Shown: positions 27,876-37,133 of the stretch, piece after piece
How positions within the stretch are numbered: position 1 is the first letter of the stretch
How the letters are laid out: each line of letters starts with the position of its first letter
Translations under genes and position numbers: made by a program
The notes under the pieces: generated by a model
Seen by the model: the letters and a program-made list of their open reading frames with translations, nothing else
Told to the model about the DNA's origin: nothing
Database searches by the model: none
Source: Nitrospirae bacterium MYbin3
GTDB lineage: Bacteria > Nitrospirota > Thermodesulfovibrionia > Thermodesulfovibrionales > Dissulfurispiraceae
NCBI GenBank assembly: GCA_002753335.1
Contig: PEAD01000022.1
Span: forward strand, 1 to 51,457
Direction of reading: 5' to 3'
DNA: 51,457 nt

Positions 27876-28930
27876 TGATTTCAAGAAAACAAACAAAGCG
27901 TATAAATGTGGGCTCTGTTGCTGTCGGCGACGGAAGTCCTGTATTGGTGCAGACCATGACCAAGACCGATACGAGAGATGTTGCGGCAACGTCAGCGCAA
28001 ATCAACGCGCTGGCAGAAGCTGGCTGCGAGATTATAAGGCTTGCTGTTCCTGACATGGATGCCGCAGTTGCACTCGGTGCAATAAAGAAAAACTCTGCTG
28101 TTCCTATGATTGCGGATATTCATTTTGACTGGCGGCTTGCGCTTGAAGCTATAAAGCAGGGCGTGGATGGGTTACGTCTGAATCCGGGAAACATAGGCGC
28201 TGAATGGAAGGTAAAGGAAGTGGTTACCGCTGCAAAAGAACGGAGCTTGCCGATAAGAGTAGGCGTAAACGCAGGCTCTCTTGATAAAGGGTTGCTCGAA
28301 AAATACGGCCATCCCACGCCCGAAGCCCTTGTGGAGAGCGCAGAACAGCATATAAAAATTCTCGAAGACATGGATTTTTTCGACATCAAGGTATCTCTTA
28401 AGGCATCGAATGTTATGAGGACGGTCGAGGCATACAGGCTTTTCTCGCAAAAACATTATTATCCTCTGCACATAGGCATTTCTGAAGCTGGGCCTTCATT
28501 CAGCGGAACGATAAAAAGTTCGGTTGGGTTGGGAATACTGCTTGCAGAGGGCATCGGCGATACCATGCGCGTCTCTCTTACTGCAGAGCCTGAGGAAGAG
28601 ATTCGTGTTGCGTATGAAATTTTGAAAGCTCTCGGCATAAGAAGAAGAGGGGCTGAGATAATCTCCTGCCCCACCTGCGGAAGGTGCCAGATTGACCTGA
28701 AGCCGCTTGCACAAAGGGTTTCTGATGCGATTAAAGATATCAAAGCTCCCATAAGCGTTGCTGTTATGGGCTGCGTAGTGAACGGCCCGGGCGAGGCGCG
28801 TGAAGCCGACTTTGGCATTGCAGGGGGCAAAGGCATGGGACTTGTGTTCAAGAAAGGCGAAGTCGTCAAGACGGTCAAAGAGGATGAATTGATGAATGCG
28901 CTGATGGAGATGATAAAAGAAGCTGAATGA
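27875..28930 (+). CDS. ispG: 4-hydroxy-3-methylbut-2-en-1-yl diphosphate synthase
   Basis: ADIHF, RLNPGNIG, RVGVNAGSL, SCPTCGRC, MGCVVNGPGEA. Confidence 0.97.
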   Translation: MISRKQTKRINVGSVAVGDGSPVLVQTMTKTDTRDVAATSAQINALAEAGCEIIRLAVPDMDAAVALGAIKKNSAVPMIADIHFDWRLALEAIKQGVDGLRLNPGNIGAEWKVKEVVTAAKERSLPIRVGVNAGSLDKGLLEKYGHPTPEALVESAEQHIKILEDMDFFDIKVSLKASNVMRTVEAYRLFSQKHYYPLHIGISEAGPSFSGTIKSSVGLGILLAEGIGDTMRVSLTAEPEEEIRVAYEILKALGIRRRGAEIISCPTCGRCQIDLKPLAQRVSDAIKDIKAPISVAVMGCVVNGPGEAREADFGIAGGKGMGLVFKKGEVVKTVKEDELMNALMEMIKEAE

Positions 28931-29649
28931 TCTCGCATGATTTTCTCAGGGACATAAAGATAGTCCAGAACGAAAACGGCTACCGTTTTTCGGTTGATGC
29001 CATCCTGCTTGCATCATTTGTCAATATTCCCCGCGCAAAGATGGTTGCGGATTTGGGCGCGGGGTCGGGTGTGATAGGTCTTCTGCTCGCCCGCGAATAT
29101 CCCGAAGCAAATATTTCGCTTGTTGAGCTGCAGGATACGCTTGCGGAAAGGGCTGAGGGGAACATTCTTCTTAACGAACTTCAGCACAGAGTCCAAACTG
29201 TAAGGGCGGATATAAATGAGATATCGTCCGTCGCATCACCGCTGCCACATAACTCGTTCGATATAGTTGTTTCAAATCCGCCGTTCAGAAGACCCAAAAC
29301 CGGCCTGATAAGCCCGGAGGATGAGAAGGCTGTTGCCAGGCATGAGATAAAGCTTGAGCTAAAAGACCTGCTTCAAGCTGCATCTTTACTTCTTAAACAT
29401 CACGGAAGGTTTTTCATGATCCATCTGCCCGAAAGGCTTATAGAGATATTGAGGCTTATGGAGCGGCATGCGCTTGAACCCAAGCGCGTTAGGACGGTGC
29501 ATTCATTTATCCGTTCAGAGGCGAAGATGGTTTTGATAGAGGCTGTCAAGGGCGGAAAGACCGGATTGAAAATCGAGCCGTCTCTTGTCATTTACAAAGA
29601 AGACGGAAGCTATACCGATGATATGAAGGAGATTTACAGGATTGGTTGA
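28927..29649 (+). CDS. tRNA1(Val) (adenine37-N6)-methyltransferase-like protein
   Basis: GYRFSVDAILLA, DLGAGSG, SNPPF, ARHE. Confidence 0.85.
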   Translation: MISHDFLRDIKIVQNENGYRFSVDAILLASFVNIPRAKMVADLGAGSGVIGLLLAREYPEANISLVELQDTLAERAEGNILLNELQHRVQTVRADINEISSVASPLPHNSFDIVVSNPPFRRPKTGLISPEDEKAVARHEIKLELKDLLQAASLLLKHHGRFFMIHLPERLIEILRLMERHALEPKRVRTVHSFIRSEAKMVLIEAVKGGKTGLKIEPSLVIYKEDGSYTDDMKEIYRIG

Positions 29650-29680
29650 CTTTAAGCTATCCATCGATTAACTTAAACCT

Positions 29681-30661
29681 ATGCCTGCATATATATCAAA
29701 ACGACTGATTTTAATGCTTCCTCTGATATTCGGCATTACGCTGATTACATTTACGGTGATTCATCTTGCGCCCGGCGGACCTGTTGAAGTCGAGACCGAG
29801 ATGTCGCTGAAAACTTCTGCGCAGGCGAGGGACAATCTGAAGAAACTTTACGGCCTAGACAAACCTCTGCACATTCAGTATTTTGAGTGGATCAAAAGGT
29901 TTGTGATGCTAGATTTCGGCAAATCATTTGTTGACAACAAAAAAGTGGTTGACAAGATATTCGAACGGATTCCTATAACTCTTGCAATAAACCTGCTGTC
30001 GCTTTTTTTGATTATGGCGATAGCTATTCCTGTGGGCGTAGTCTCTGCCACAAGACAGTATTCACTTTTTGATAAACTGACGACGGTATTTGTTTTTCTA
30101 GGCTTCTCCACGCCAACCTTCTGGCTTGCGCTGATACTGATGATAATATTCGGCGTAAGCCTTGGAATGCTCCCTATTTCGGGCATACAGAGTATTGATG
30201 TAGCAGGCATGAATTTTTTTGAAAGGCTTGTTGACTGGATAAAACATTTAATTCTTCCTGTCGGCCTAAGCGCATTCGGGGGTATAGCCGGAATGAGCAG
30301 GTACAGCCGTTCGAGCATGCTGGAGGTGATAAGGCAGGACTATATCAGAACCGCGCGGGCCAAGGGGTTGAAGGAGTCGGATGTGATAATCACCCATGCC
30401 CTCCGCAATGCCTTGATGCCTGTAGTTACGATACTCGGTCTTTCTGTTCCGGGACTGATAGGCGGCAGCGTGATATTTGAGACTATATTCGCAATCCCCG
30501 GAATGGGCCAGCTTTTCTACGCCTCAACCATGTCACGAGACTATCCTACGATAATGGGCATACTGGTTATCGGCGCGGTTTTAACGCTTGTCGGCAATCT
30601 CATCGCAGATATTTCTTATGCGTTGGTTGACCCGAGAATACGGGTGAGCGGTAGAAAATAA
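29681..30661 (+). CDS. Peptide/nickel ABC transporter permease (OppB/DppB type)
   Basis: LAPGGP, YGLDKP, DFGKS, EAA loop [13 protein letters not shown]. Confidence 0.93.
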   Translation: MPAYISKRLILMLPLIFGITLITFTVIHLAPGGPVEVETEMSLKTSAQARDNLKKLYGLDKPLHIQYFEWIKRFVMLDFGKSFVDNKKVVDKIFERIPITLAINLLSLFLIMAIAIPVGVVSATRQYSLFDKLTTVFVFLGFSTPTFWLALILMIIFGVSLGMLPISGIQSIDVAGMNFFERLVDWIKHLILPVGLSAFGGIAGMSRYSRSSMLEVIRQDYIRTARAKGLKESDVIITHALRNALMPVVTILGLSVPGLIGGSVIFETIFAIPGMGQLFYASTMSRDYPTIMGILVIGAVLTLVGNLIADISYALVDPRIRVSGRK

Positions 30662-30665
30662 TCTT

Positions 30666-31082
30666 ATGAAATCATACCGCAAAGAGCTTTGGTTTAATGT
30701 TCCTGCGAGAAGAGAATTTATAAATATCACCCCTCAGGTGGAAGAATGCCTGAAAGAGAGCGGCATAAGAGAAGGGCTTGTGCTCGTAAACGCCATGCAT
30801 ATAACGGCTTCGGTATTTATCAACGATGATGAGTCGGGGCTGCATCATGACTTTGATGTTTGGCTGGAAAAACTTGCGCCGCATGAGCCTGTTTCTGGCT
30901 ATCGTCATAACGTCGGCGAAGACAATGCGGACGCACATCTTAAGCGGCAGGTTATGGGCAGGGAAGTTGTTGTTGCAGTGACCGAGGGCAAGCTCGACTT
31001 TGGTAGATGGGAGCAGATATTTTACGGCGAGTTCGACGGCAGGCGAAAAAAACGGGCTCTGGTGAAAATCATAGGAGAATGA
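30666..31082 (+). CDS. YjbQ / UPF0047 family protein
   Basis: [30 protein letters not shown]. Confidence 0.92.
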   Translation: MKSYRKELWFNVPARREFINITPQVEECLKESGIREGLVLVNAMHITASVFINDDESGLHHDFDVWLEKLAPHEPVSGYRHNVGEDNADAHLKRQVMGREVVVAVTEGKLDFGRWEQIFYGEFDGRRKKRALVKIIGE

Positions 31083-31798
31083 ACACAGCAGTTTCAATGA
31101 TATCTTCTTTTGGCATAAATCAGAATGCAAACAAAGCGGAACAGGATGATAAAAAATACTGTAATTTTCCGGTGCAGTTTAGAGCTAAACCATATAGTCT
31201 AAAGCGTTTATTTGATATAGTATTTTCAACCTTTTTGCTTGTTTTGACTTTTCCTATTGTACTTGCTGTTGCTATCTCAATAAAATTGTGCGACAGTGGG
31301 CCGGTTTTTTTTGTTCAGCCTCGAGTAGGGTATGGTGGAAGAGCGTTTAATATTATTAAATTTCGCACAATGGTTGAAAATGCAGAGGCACTGAAAAAAT
31401 ATTTGATAGATAAGAGCGATGTTAAAGGGGCATTTAAAATGAAAAATGACCCACGTGTAACGAGGATAGGATTTTTTTTAAGAAAGACTAAACTGGATGA
31501 ACTGCCCCAGTTTATAAATGTACTGTTTGGAGACATGTCTATGGTTGGCCCACGGCCTACGAGTTTAGAGGAAGTTATACGCGCATACGGAGAAGATGCC
31601 TGTCAGAAATTCATTTCCGGGATTAAGCCCGGAATTACAGGTCCTGTTCAGATTCATGAGGCTTTTTACGGCAAGATGGATTTGGATGAACAGTTGCAGT
31701 TGGATTTTAATTACATACGCAACAATAATTTTTTTGTAGATTTGAAGCTTGTGTTGTTAACTCTTGTTGCCATATTTGCTGGATATAAAAATGTTTGA
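31079..31798 (+). CDS. Priming sugar (phosphoglycosyl) transferase, WcaJ/PglC catalytic-domain type
   Basis: [47 protein letters not shown] 31079 overlaps the yjbQ stop (ATGA). Confidence 0.92.
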   Translation: MNTAVSMISSFGINQNANKAEQDDKKYCNFPVQFRAKPYSLKRLFDIVFSTFLLVLTFPIVLAVAISIKLCDSGPVFFVQPRVGYGGRAFNIIKFRTMVENAEALKKYLIDKSDVKGAFKMKNDPRVTRIGFFLRKTKLDELPQFINVLFGDMSMVGPRPTSLEEVIRAYGEDACQKFISGIKPGITGPVQIHEAFYGKMDLDEQLQLDFNYIRNNNFFVDLKLVLLTLVAIFAGYKNV

Positions 31799-31831
31799 TA
31801 ATAGGAGTTGTATTGGAAGAATGGTAAGAAA

Positions 31832-32674
31832 ATGTTTTACGTAATCTGGAACAGATTTAAGAAGAACCCTCTTTCGGTTGCAGGGCTGGCGGTAATAGCC
31901 TCGCTTACCCTGGCTGCCATTGCCGCGCCGCTTATTTCGCCGCATTCACCGACCGCTATAGATGTTTACAATGTGCTTTCGCCGCCCGATTTTTCTCATC
32001 CCTTTGGAACTGACGAACTCGGCAGGGATGTTTTTTCTAGGATGCTCTGGGGAAGCAGGGCATCGCTTAAAGTCGGGTTTATAGCTGTCGGCATAGCTAT
32101 ATCAATAGGCTTATTTATAGGCGCGGTGGCAGGGTTTTACGGCGGCAGGGTTGATGCGGTTCTGATGCGGTTTGTTGATATAATGTTGGCCTTTCCTACG
32201 TTCTTTTTGATTTTGGCTGTGATAGCGGTTGTGGAGCCGAGTATATCCACTATCATGATCGTGATAGGCTTGACAGGCTGGATGGATGTGGCGCGGCTTG
32301 TGAGGGCCGAATTTCTTACGCTTAAAGAGCGCGATTTTGTATCTGCGGCACGGGCTTTGGGTGCAGTGGATTCACGGCTAATAATGCGCCATATAATACC
32401 TAATGCACTCTCACCGGTGTTTGTGGCTGCCACCTTCGGCATAGCCGGAGCTATACTTACCGAATCCGGCCTTTCATTTCTGGGGCTCGGAGTTCAGCCC
32501 CCTGATCCGAGTTGGGGCAATATGCTTACTTCGGGGAAAGACAATATAACTGTTGCGTGGTGGTTGTCGCTTTTTCCGGGGCTCGCGATACTGACTACTG
32601 TTTTAAGCTATAACCTTGTGGGAGAAGGTTTGAGGGATGCCCTTGATCCGAGGCTATGGATGGGCGATGAATGA
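31832..32674 (+). CDS. Peptide/nickel ABC transporter permease (OppC/DppC type)
   Basis: HPFGTDELGRD, EAA loop SAARALGA, GEGLRDALDPR. Likely start ATG 31832. Confidence 0.93.
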   Translation: MFYVIWNRFKKNPLSVAGLAVIASLTLAAIAAPLISPHSPTAIDVYNVLSPPDFSHPFGTDELGRDVFSRMLWGSRASLKVGFIAVGIAISIGLFIGAVAGFYGGRVDAVLMRFVDIMLAFPTFFLILAVIAVVEPSISTIMIVIGLTGWMDVARLVRAEFLTLKERDFVSAARALGAVDSRLIMRHIIPNALSPVFVAATFGIAGAILTESGLSFLGLGVQPPDPSWGNMLTSGKDNITVAWWLSLFPGLAILTTVLSYNLVGEGLRDALDPRLWMGDE

Positions 32675-35463
32675 GACCAATCCCTTCTGTTCCTGATCAG
32701 GACAGGGCTAAAAACAATATAGAGGCTTTTCTTTCGGAGTATCCGAACTATTCGGATACTGTTAACGAGCATATCGAGAAGATTGCGCTTTTATTTTCGA
32801 ACAGCCAGTTTCTTTCTAATCATAGCCTTATCTATCCTGAAGACCTTATCTATTCATTGAACTGTTTTAGAAATCAACTGACCTCTCAAACACTGCAAAA
32901 TGAGCTAAGAGATTCTTTGGGCAGATGCTCTTCGGTTAAGGATGGCATGAAGGTTGTCCGTCTATTCAGAAAAAAACATATGCTGTCGCTTACGCTTAAA
33001 GATTTATTAAAGGCTAGCGATATGCAGGAAGTTATGATAGAGATGAGCCTGCTTGCTGATGTTGTAATATCGGAATCTCTGAAATTTGTGGAGCCGTTTC
33101 TGGCTGAACGCTATGGCGCTCCTGATAAGCACTCATTTGCAGCTCTCTCCCTCGGCAAGCTGGGGGCAGAGGAGCTGAACTACAGCTCTGATGTGGATCT
33201 GATTTTTGTTTATGCGGAAGATTGCGATACCTCAGGGGTTTCTAAAATTCAGGGTGTGACTATAAACAAGATTACCGCTTCGGAATACTATGCAAAGCTT
33301 ATAGAAGAGTTGTCTCGCTTTCTTTCGCTGAATACAGAAGACGGTTTTGCCTACAGGGTGGATTTAAGGCTGAGACCTCAGGGACAAAAAGGCAATCTTG
33401 CTATGGCATTGTCGGGCTATGAAGAGTACTACGAATCGTGGGGCCAACTTTGGGAGCGGGCTATGCTGCTTAGAACAAGGCCTTTGGCAGGGGATATGGA
33501 GCTCGGCGAGCGGTTTTGCGATATGATAAAACCTTTTGTGTATAGGAAATACCTTGATCTCGATACTATAGAAGAAATACGGAAAATGAAGTCTCAGGTG
33601 GAGCATATAAAGTCCGGCACTTTGAGCATGGATATTAAGAGGGGATATGGCGGCATAAGGGAGATAGAATTTTTTATCCAGATATTCCAGCTTATTTATG
33701 GCGGCAAGGAGCCGCATATCCGCGAAAGAAGCACCATCAAGGGTTTGCACAAACTGCTTCAGAAAAGGTTAATTGGACATGAGGATTTTCAGCATCTTTC
33801 GGACAACTATATTTTTCTCAGGACATTAGAGCACAGGCTTCAACAGATGAACGATCTGCAGACGCATTCGCTTCCTGCCGGCGAGCATGAGCTTAATATT
33901 CTTGCTTTAAAACTCGGTTTTTTGGACAGGGAATCGTTCGTGAATGCCCTATCAGCAAGGCGCAGCAGAGTTAGGGAAATTTACGATTCTCTGCTGGAAA
34001 CAAAAAGTGAAGAGGCACACAACCCCGTCTCTATTTTGAGCAGGGTGTTCTGGGATATTGAAAGCCCGGTCGAAAACCTTCTTACGGACGAACTGAGAAA
34101 AAGTAGAGTTTTAAATTTGCAGAAGTCTATTCACTGTCTCGTAAAAATCCGGAACAATATAAGCTCTTTTCAGACAATAAAGGGGCGCAGACTTTTGGAA
34201 AGCCTTGTTCCGCAATTTGTGGATGATGCAGTAGTAAGTGAAAATGCGGATATTGTGCTTTCCCAGCTTGTGGATTTTTCATCGGTTCTGGCCACCAAAG
34301 AGTCGTATCTTGAGGTGCTGTCGCAGAGGCCCGGAATAGTTTCAACATTGAACTTTGTGTTTGCCCACAGCGGGTATCTTTCCAGAATAATCATGCAGAG
34401 CCCTGAATATCTTGAGTCGCTTGTCGGTCATGAAATAAAGATCAAGTTGTTTGGAGAATTGAAAAGCGAGCTCGTATCTCTTATAGAAAAGCAGGGCATG
34501 ACCAACGCAATAAGATTTCTGAGAAGAACAGAAGAGGTGAGGCTCGGACTGCTGTATTTGAACAACAGCATCGGTGTGCATGAACTGTTGAGTTCTTTGA
34601 GCCGCACGGCCGAGGCAATATTCTCGGAGCTTGTCGCAGTATTGTCACCGGATATTGCTGTAATCGCATTCGGTAAATTCGGGGGGCGGGAGCTTACTTT
34701 TAATTCGGATCTTGACATTATATTTGCCTCTGACTCTGATTCTTCTGTGGAGCAGATTAAGTCTGCTGAACGGCTGATAAAGGTTTTTACATCTTACACA
34801 AAAGACGGTGTGGCTTATCAGGTTGATACAAGGCTTAGGCCTGAGGGCAGCAAGGGGCCTCTTGTTTCCTCTATGGAAGGATTAAGGAAGTACTATCTTA
34901 ATAATGCACATGCATGGGAAGTGCAGGCGCTTCTTAAAGCGAGGCCTGTTGCGGGCAACAAAGGGCAATCTGCTACGGGACGGCTTTTTTCGGAACTGAG
35001 GAGGGATATTCTTATCCGCAGAGGCAGTGAATATAAAATTGAGGATTTGCATCGCATGCGTGAGAGGATCGAGAATGAGCTTGCGGATTCATCTAAGGGA
35101 TTCGATCTTAAGCTGGGGCAGGGAGGGTTGGAGGAGCTTGAGTTTGGAGTGCAGTACATTCAATTGAAACACTGCGCCGAGCATCCTGAACTGCTTGCGC
35201 ATGGAACGGTGAATGCGCTTAGAAGACTCGAAAAGTTCAATGTGTTGGGAAGCGCCGACACAAAGGCGCTTTGCGATATTTATCTGTTTTACAGAACGGT
35301 GCAGTCGCTTATGAGGCTTCAGGAGGAGTCAATCTTAAGGCCCGGAAGCCCTTCTTTTAAAGGCATAGCTAGATTTATAGGGATGAAAGATGAAGAGATC
35401 CTTGCTGAGAAGATAGAGCAAAACAGAACAAAGATTTCTAATTTCTGGAGTTCTCTAGATTGA
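32671..35463 (+). CDS. glnE: Bifunctional glutamine synthetase adenylyltransferase/adenylyl-removing enzyme
   Basis: Two nucleotidyltransferase domains: GKLGAEELNYSSDVDLIF...RVDLRLRPQG and GKFGGRELTFNSDLDIIF...VDTRLRPEG. Confidence 0.95.
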   Translation: MRPIPSVPDQDRAKNNIEAFLSEYPNYSDTVNEHIEKIALLFSNSQFLSNHSLIYPEDLIYSLNCFRNQLTSQTLQNELRDSLGRCSSVKDGMKVVRLFRKKHMLSLTLKDLLKASDMQEVMIEMSLLADVVISESLKFVEPFLAERYGAPDKHSFAALSLGKLGAEELNYSSDVDLIFVYAEDCDTSGVSKIQGVTINKITASEYYAKLIEELSRFLSLNTEDGFAYRVDLRLRPQGQKGNLAMALSGYEEYYESWGQLWERAMLLRTRPLAGDMELGERFCDMIKPFVYRKYLDLDTIEEIRKMKSQVEHIKSGTLSMDIKRGYGGIREIEFFIQIFQLIYGGKEPHIRERSTIKGLHKLLQKRLIGHEDFQHLSDNYIFLRTLEHRLQQMNDLQTHSLPAGEHELNILALKLGFLDRESFVNALSARRSRVREIYDSLLETKSEEAHNPVSILSRVFWDIESPVENLLTDELRKSRVLNLQKSIHCLVKIRNNISSFQTIKGRRLLESLVPQFVDDAVVSENADIVLSQLVDFSSVLATKESYLEVLSQRPGIVSTLNFVFAHSGYLSRIIMQSPEYLESLVGHEIKIKLFGELKSELVSLIEKQGMTNAIRFLRRTEEVRLGLLYLNNSIGVHELLSSLSRTAEAIFSELVAVLSPDIAVIAFGKFGGRELTFNSDLDIIFASDSDSSVEQIKSAERLIKVFTSYTKDGVAYQVDTRLRPEGSKGPLVSSMEGLRKYYLNNAHAWEVQALLKARPVAGNKGQSATGRLFSELRRDILIRRGSEYKIEDLHRMRERIENELADSSKGFDLKLGQGGLEELEFGVQYIQLKHCAEHPELLAHGTVNALRRLEKFNVLGSADTKALCDIYLFYRTVQSLMRLQEESILRPGSPSFKGIARFIGMKDEEILAEKIEQNRTKISNFWSSLD

Positions 35464-35573
35464 TAGAATGTTATACTTAAATACAAATGTTTAGTTAGGT
35501 GTAAGTGAGCAGGCGGAGTAGTACTCTTGCATACCATGAAAACACACTCATAAATTATACAAATAATTCAGAT

Positions 35574-37067
35574 ATGACCCTTCTAAAGCGTAACATTATA
35601 GCCAACTTTGCGGGGCAAGGCTGGGTGGCACTGATGGCTTTGGCATTCGTTCCTATTTATATCAAGTTTCTCGGGATTGAGGCATATGGTCTTATAGGTT
35701 TTTTCACCATGTTGCAGGCATCGTTCCAGATTCTCGATTTTGGCCTTAGTCAGACGATGAACCGGGAAATGGCCCGATATGCGGCTTTGCCGGAGAAAGC
35801 AGGTGAAGCGCGTGATTTTGTGAGAACATTGGAAGTAGTGTATTGGTTGATAGGAATCCTTATAGGTGTTGGCGTTCTGATAGGGTCACCGTTTATCGCG
35901 CGCTATTGGATAAATGCAGGTGCTATACCTGTTGAAACGATACAGCATGCTGTTATGATTATGGGTTTGGTGTTGGCACTCCAGTGGCCGCTCAGTTTTT
36001 ATGAAGGCGGTCTTATGGGACTGCAAAAACAGGTGCTGTCGAACAGTATTAAGATCAGCATGGCTACGCTAAGCAGTTGTGGAGCAGCATTAATTCTCTG
36101 GAAAGTATCCCCTACTGTAACAGCCTTTTTCGCTTGGCAAATTATTGTGACAATTCTTTATGTCAGTCTGTTTGTTGTTTTCCTATGGCGGAGTTTGCCA
36201 TCCGCCGAAGGTTTTCCACGCTTTAATCTTGGACTGCTGAGCAATATTTGGCGTTTTGCAGCAGGTATGAGTGGTATTGGTTTTTCAGGCATCCTCTTGA
36301 TGCAGATGGACAAAATACTACTGAGTAATTTTCTCTCTCTTAAAATGTTCGGCTATTATACTTTAGCCAATGCTATAAGCAATGCGATACCAACTATGTT
36401 GGTCAGTCCTATTTTTAACGGCATGTTTCCCCGCTTTTCGTCATTAGTTATGGCCAATGATGAAGTGTCTCTAAAAAATTTATATCATCAGGGTGTCCAA
36501 GTGACAGCCATAATTATTTTGCCTATATCTACCGTTATGGCGTTTTTTTCATACGATATTTTATTATTATGGACACGAAATGCAGAGGTTTCCAGTATCG
36601 CCTCTCCTATAGTGACTTTTTTGGTTATAGGTATGGCTTTAAATGGGATGTCAGTCCTTACATTTGCGTTGCAATTGTCCTATGGCTGGACAAAAATTGG
36701 ACTGGGAATCAATATTTTTCTAATTATAGCTCTTGTTCCTGCAATATATTTCATGGCTGTACACTATGGAGCAATAGGTGCAGCCGCTGTATGGTTAGCG
36801 TTGAACAGTATATATTTAATAATTGTGGTTCCACTCACACATCGCCGTATTTTAAAGGGAGAAGCATGGCGCTTGTATATTGAAGATATTGTGCCGCCGT
36901 TAGCTGCTACACTTGTGGTAGTTGGGCTTGGGCGCTTGCTGATTGCAACTCAGATGACTGCGATAGCAACAGTTGTAATACTCTCGGCCATTATACTTGT
37001 TGCGTCAGCATTGTCAGCGTTTGCTGCGCCAAGAGTGAGATATTGGATAATGACCGAAATAATCTGA
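35574..37067 (+). CDS. Wzx-type O-antigen/oligosaccharide flippase
   Basis: LKRNIIANF.GQGW, LGIEAYGLIG, LDFGLS, QMDKILLS...FGYYTLA, many TM helices. Likely start ATG 35574. Confidence 0.9.
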   Translation: MTLLKRNIIANFAGQGWVALMALAFVPIYIKFLGIEAYGLIGFFTMLQASFQILDFGLSQTMNREMARYAALPEKAGEARDFVRTLEVVYWLIGILIGVGVLIGSPFIARYWINAGAIPVETIQHAVMIMGLVLALQWPLSFYEGGLMGLQKQVLSNSIKISMATLSSCGAALILWKVSPTVTAFFAWQIIVTILYVSLFVVFLWRSLPSAEGFPRFNLGLLSNIWRFAAGMSGIGFSGILLMQMDKILLSNFLSLKMFGYYTLANAISNAIPTMLVSPIFNGMFPRFSSLVMANDEVSLKNLYHQGVQVTAIIILPISTVMAFFSYDILLLWTRNAEVSSIASPIVTFLVIGMALNGMSVLTFALQLSYGWTKIGLGINIFLIIALVPAIYFMAVHYGAIGAAAVWLALNSIYLIIVVPLTHRRILKGEAWRLYIEDIVPPLAATLVVVGLGRLLIATQMTAIATVVILSAIILVASALSAFAAPRVRYWIMTEII

Positions 37068-37133
37068 TATTCGTAAAGATAACGATGCAAAAGTATTCCT
37101 ATACCTCTCACATAAGATTAGGATCTTTTTTTC

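Noticed and set aside
35505..35530. ops/JUMPstart element upstream of the second glycan cluster (GGCGGAGTAG)
   Set aside because: Does not match GGCGGTAG and lacks the JUMPstart stem.
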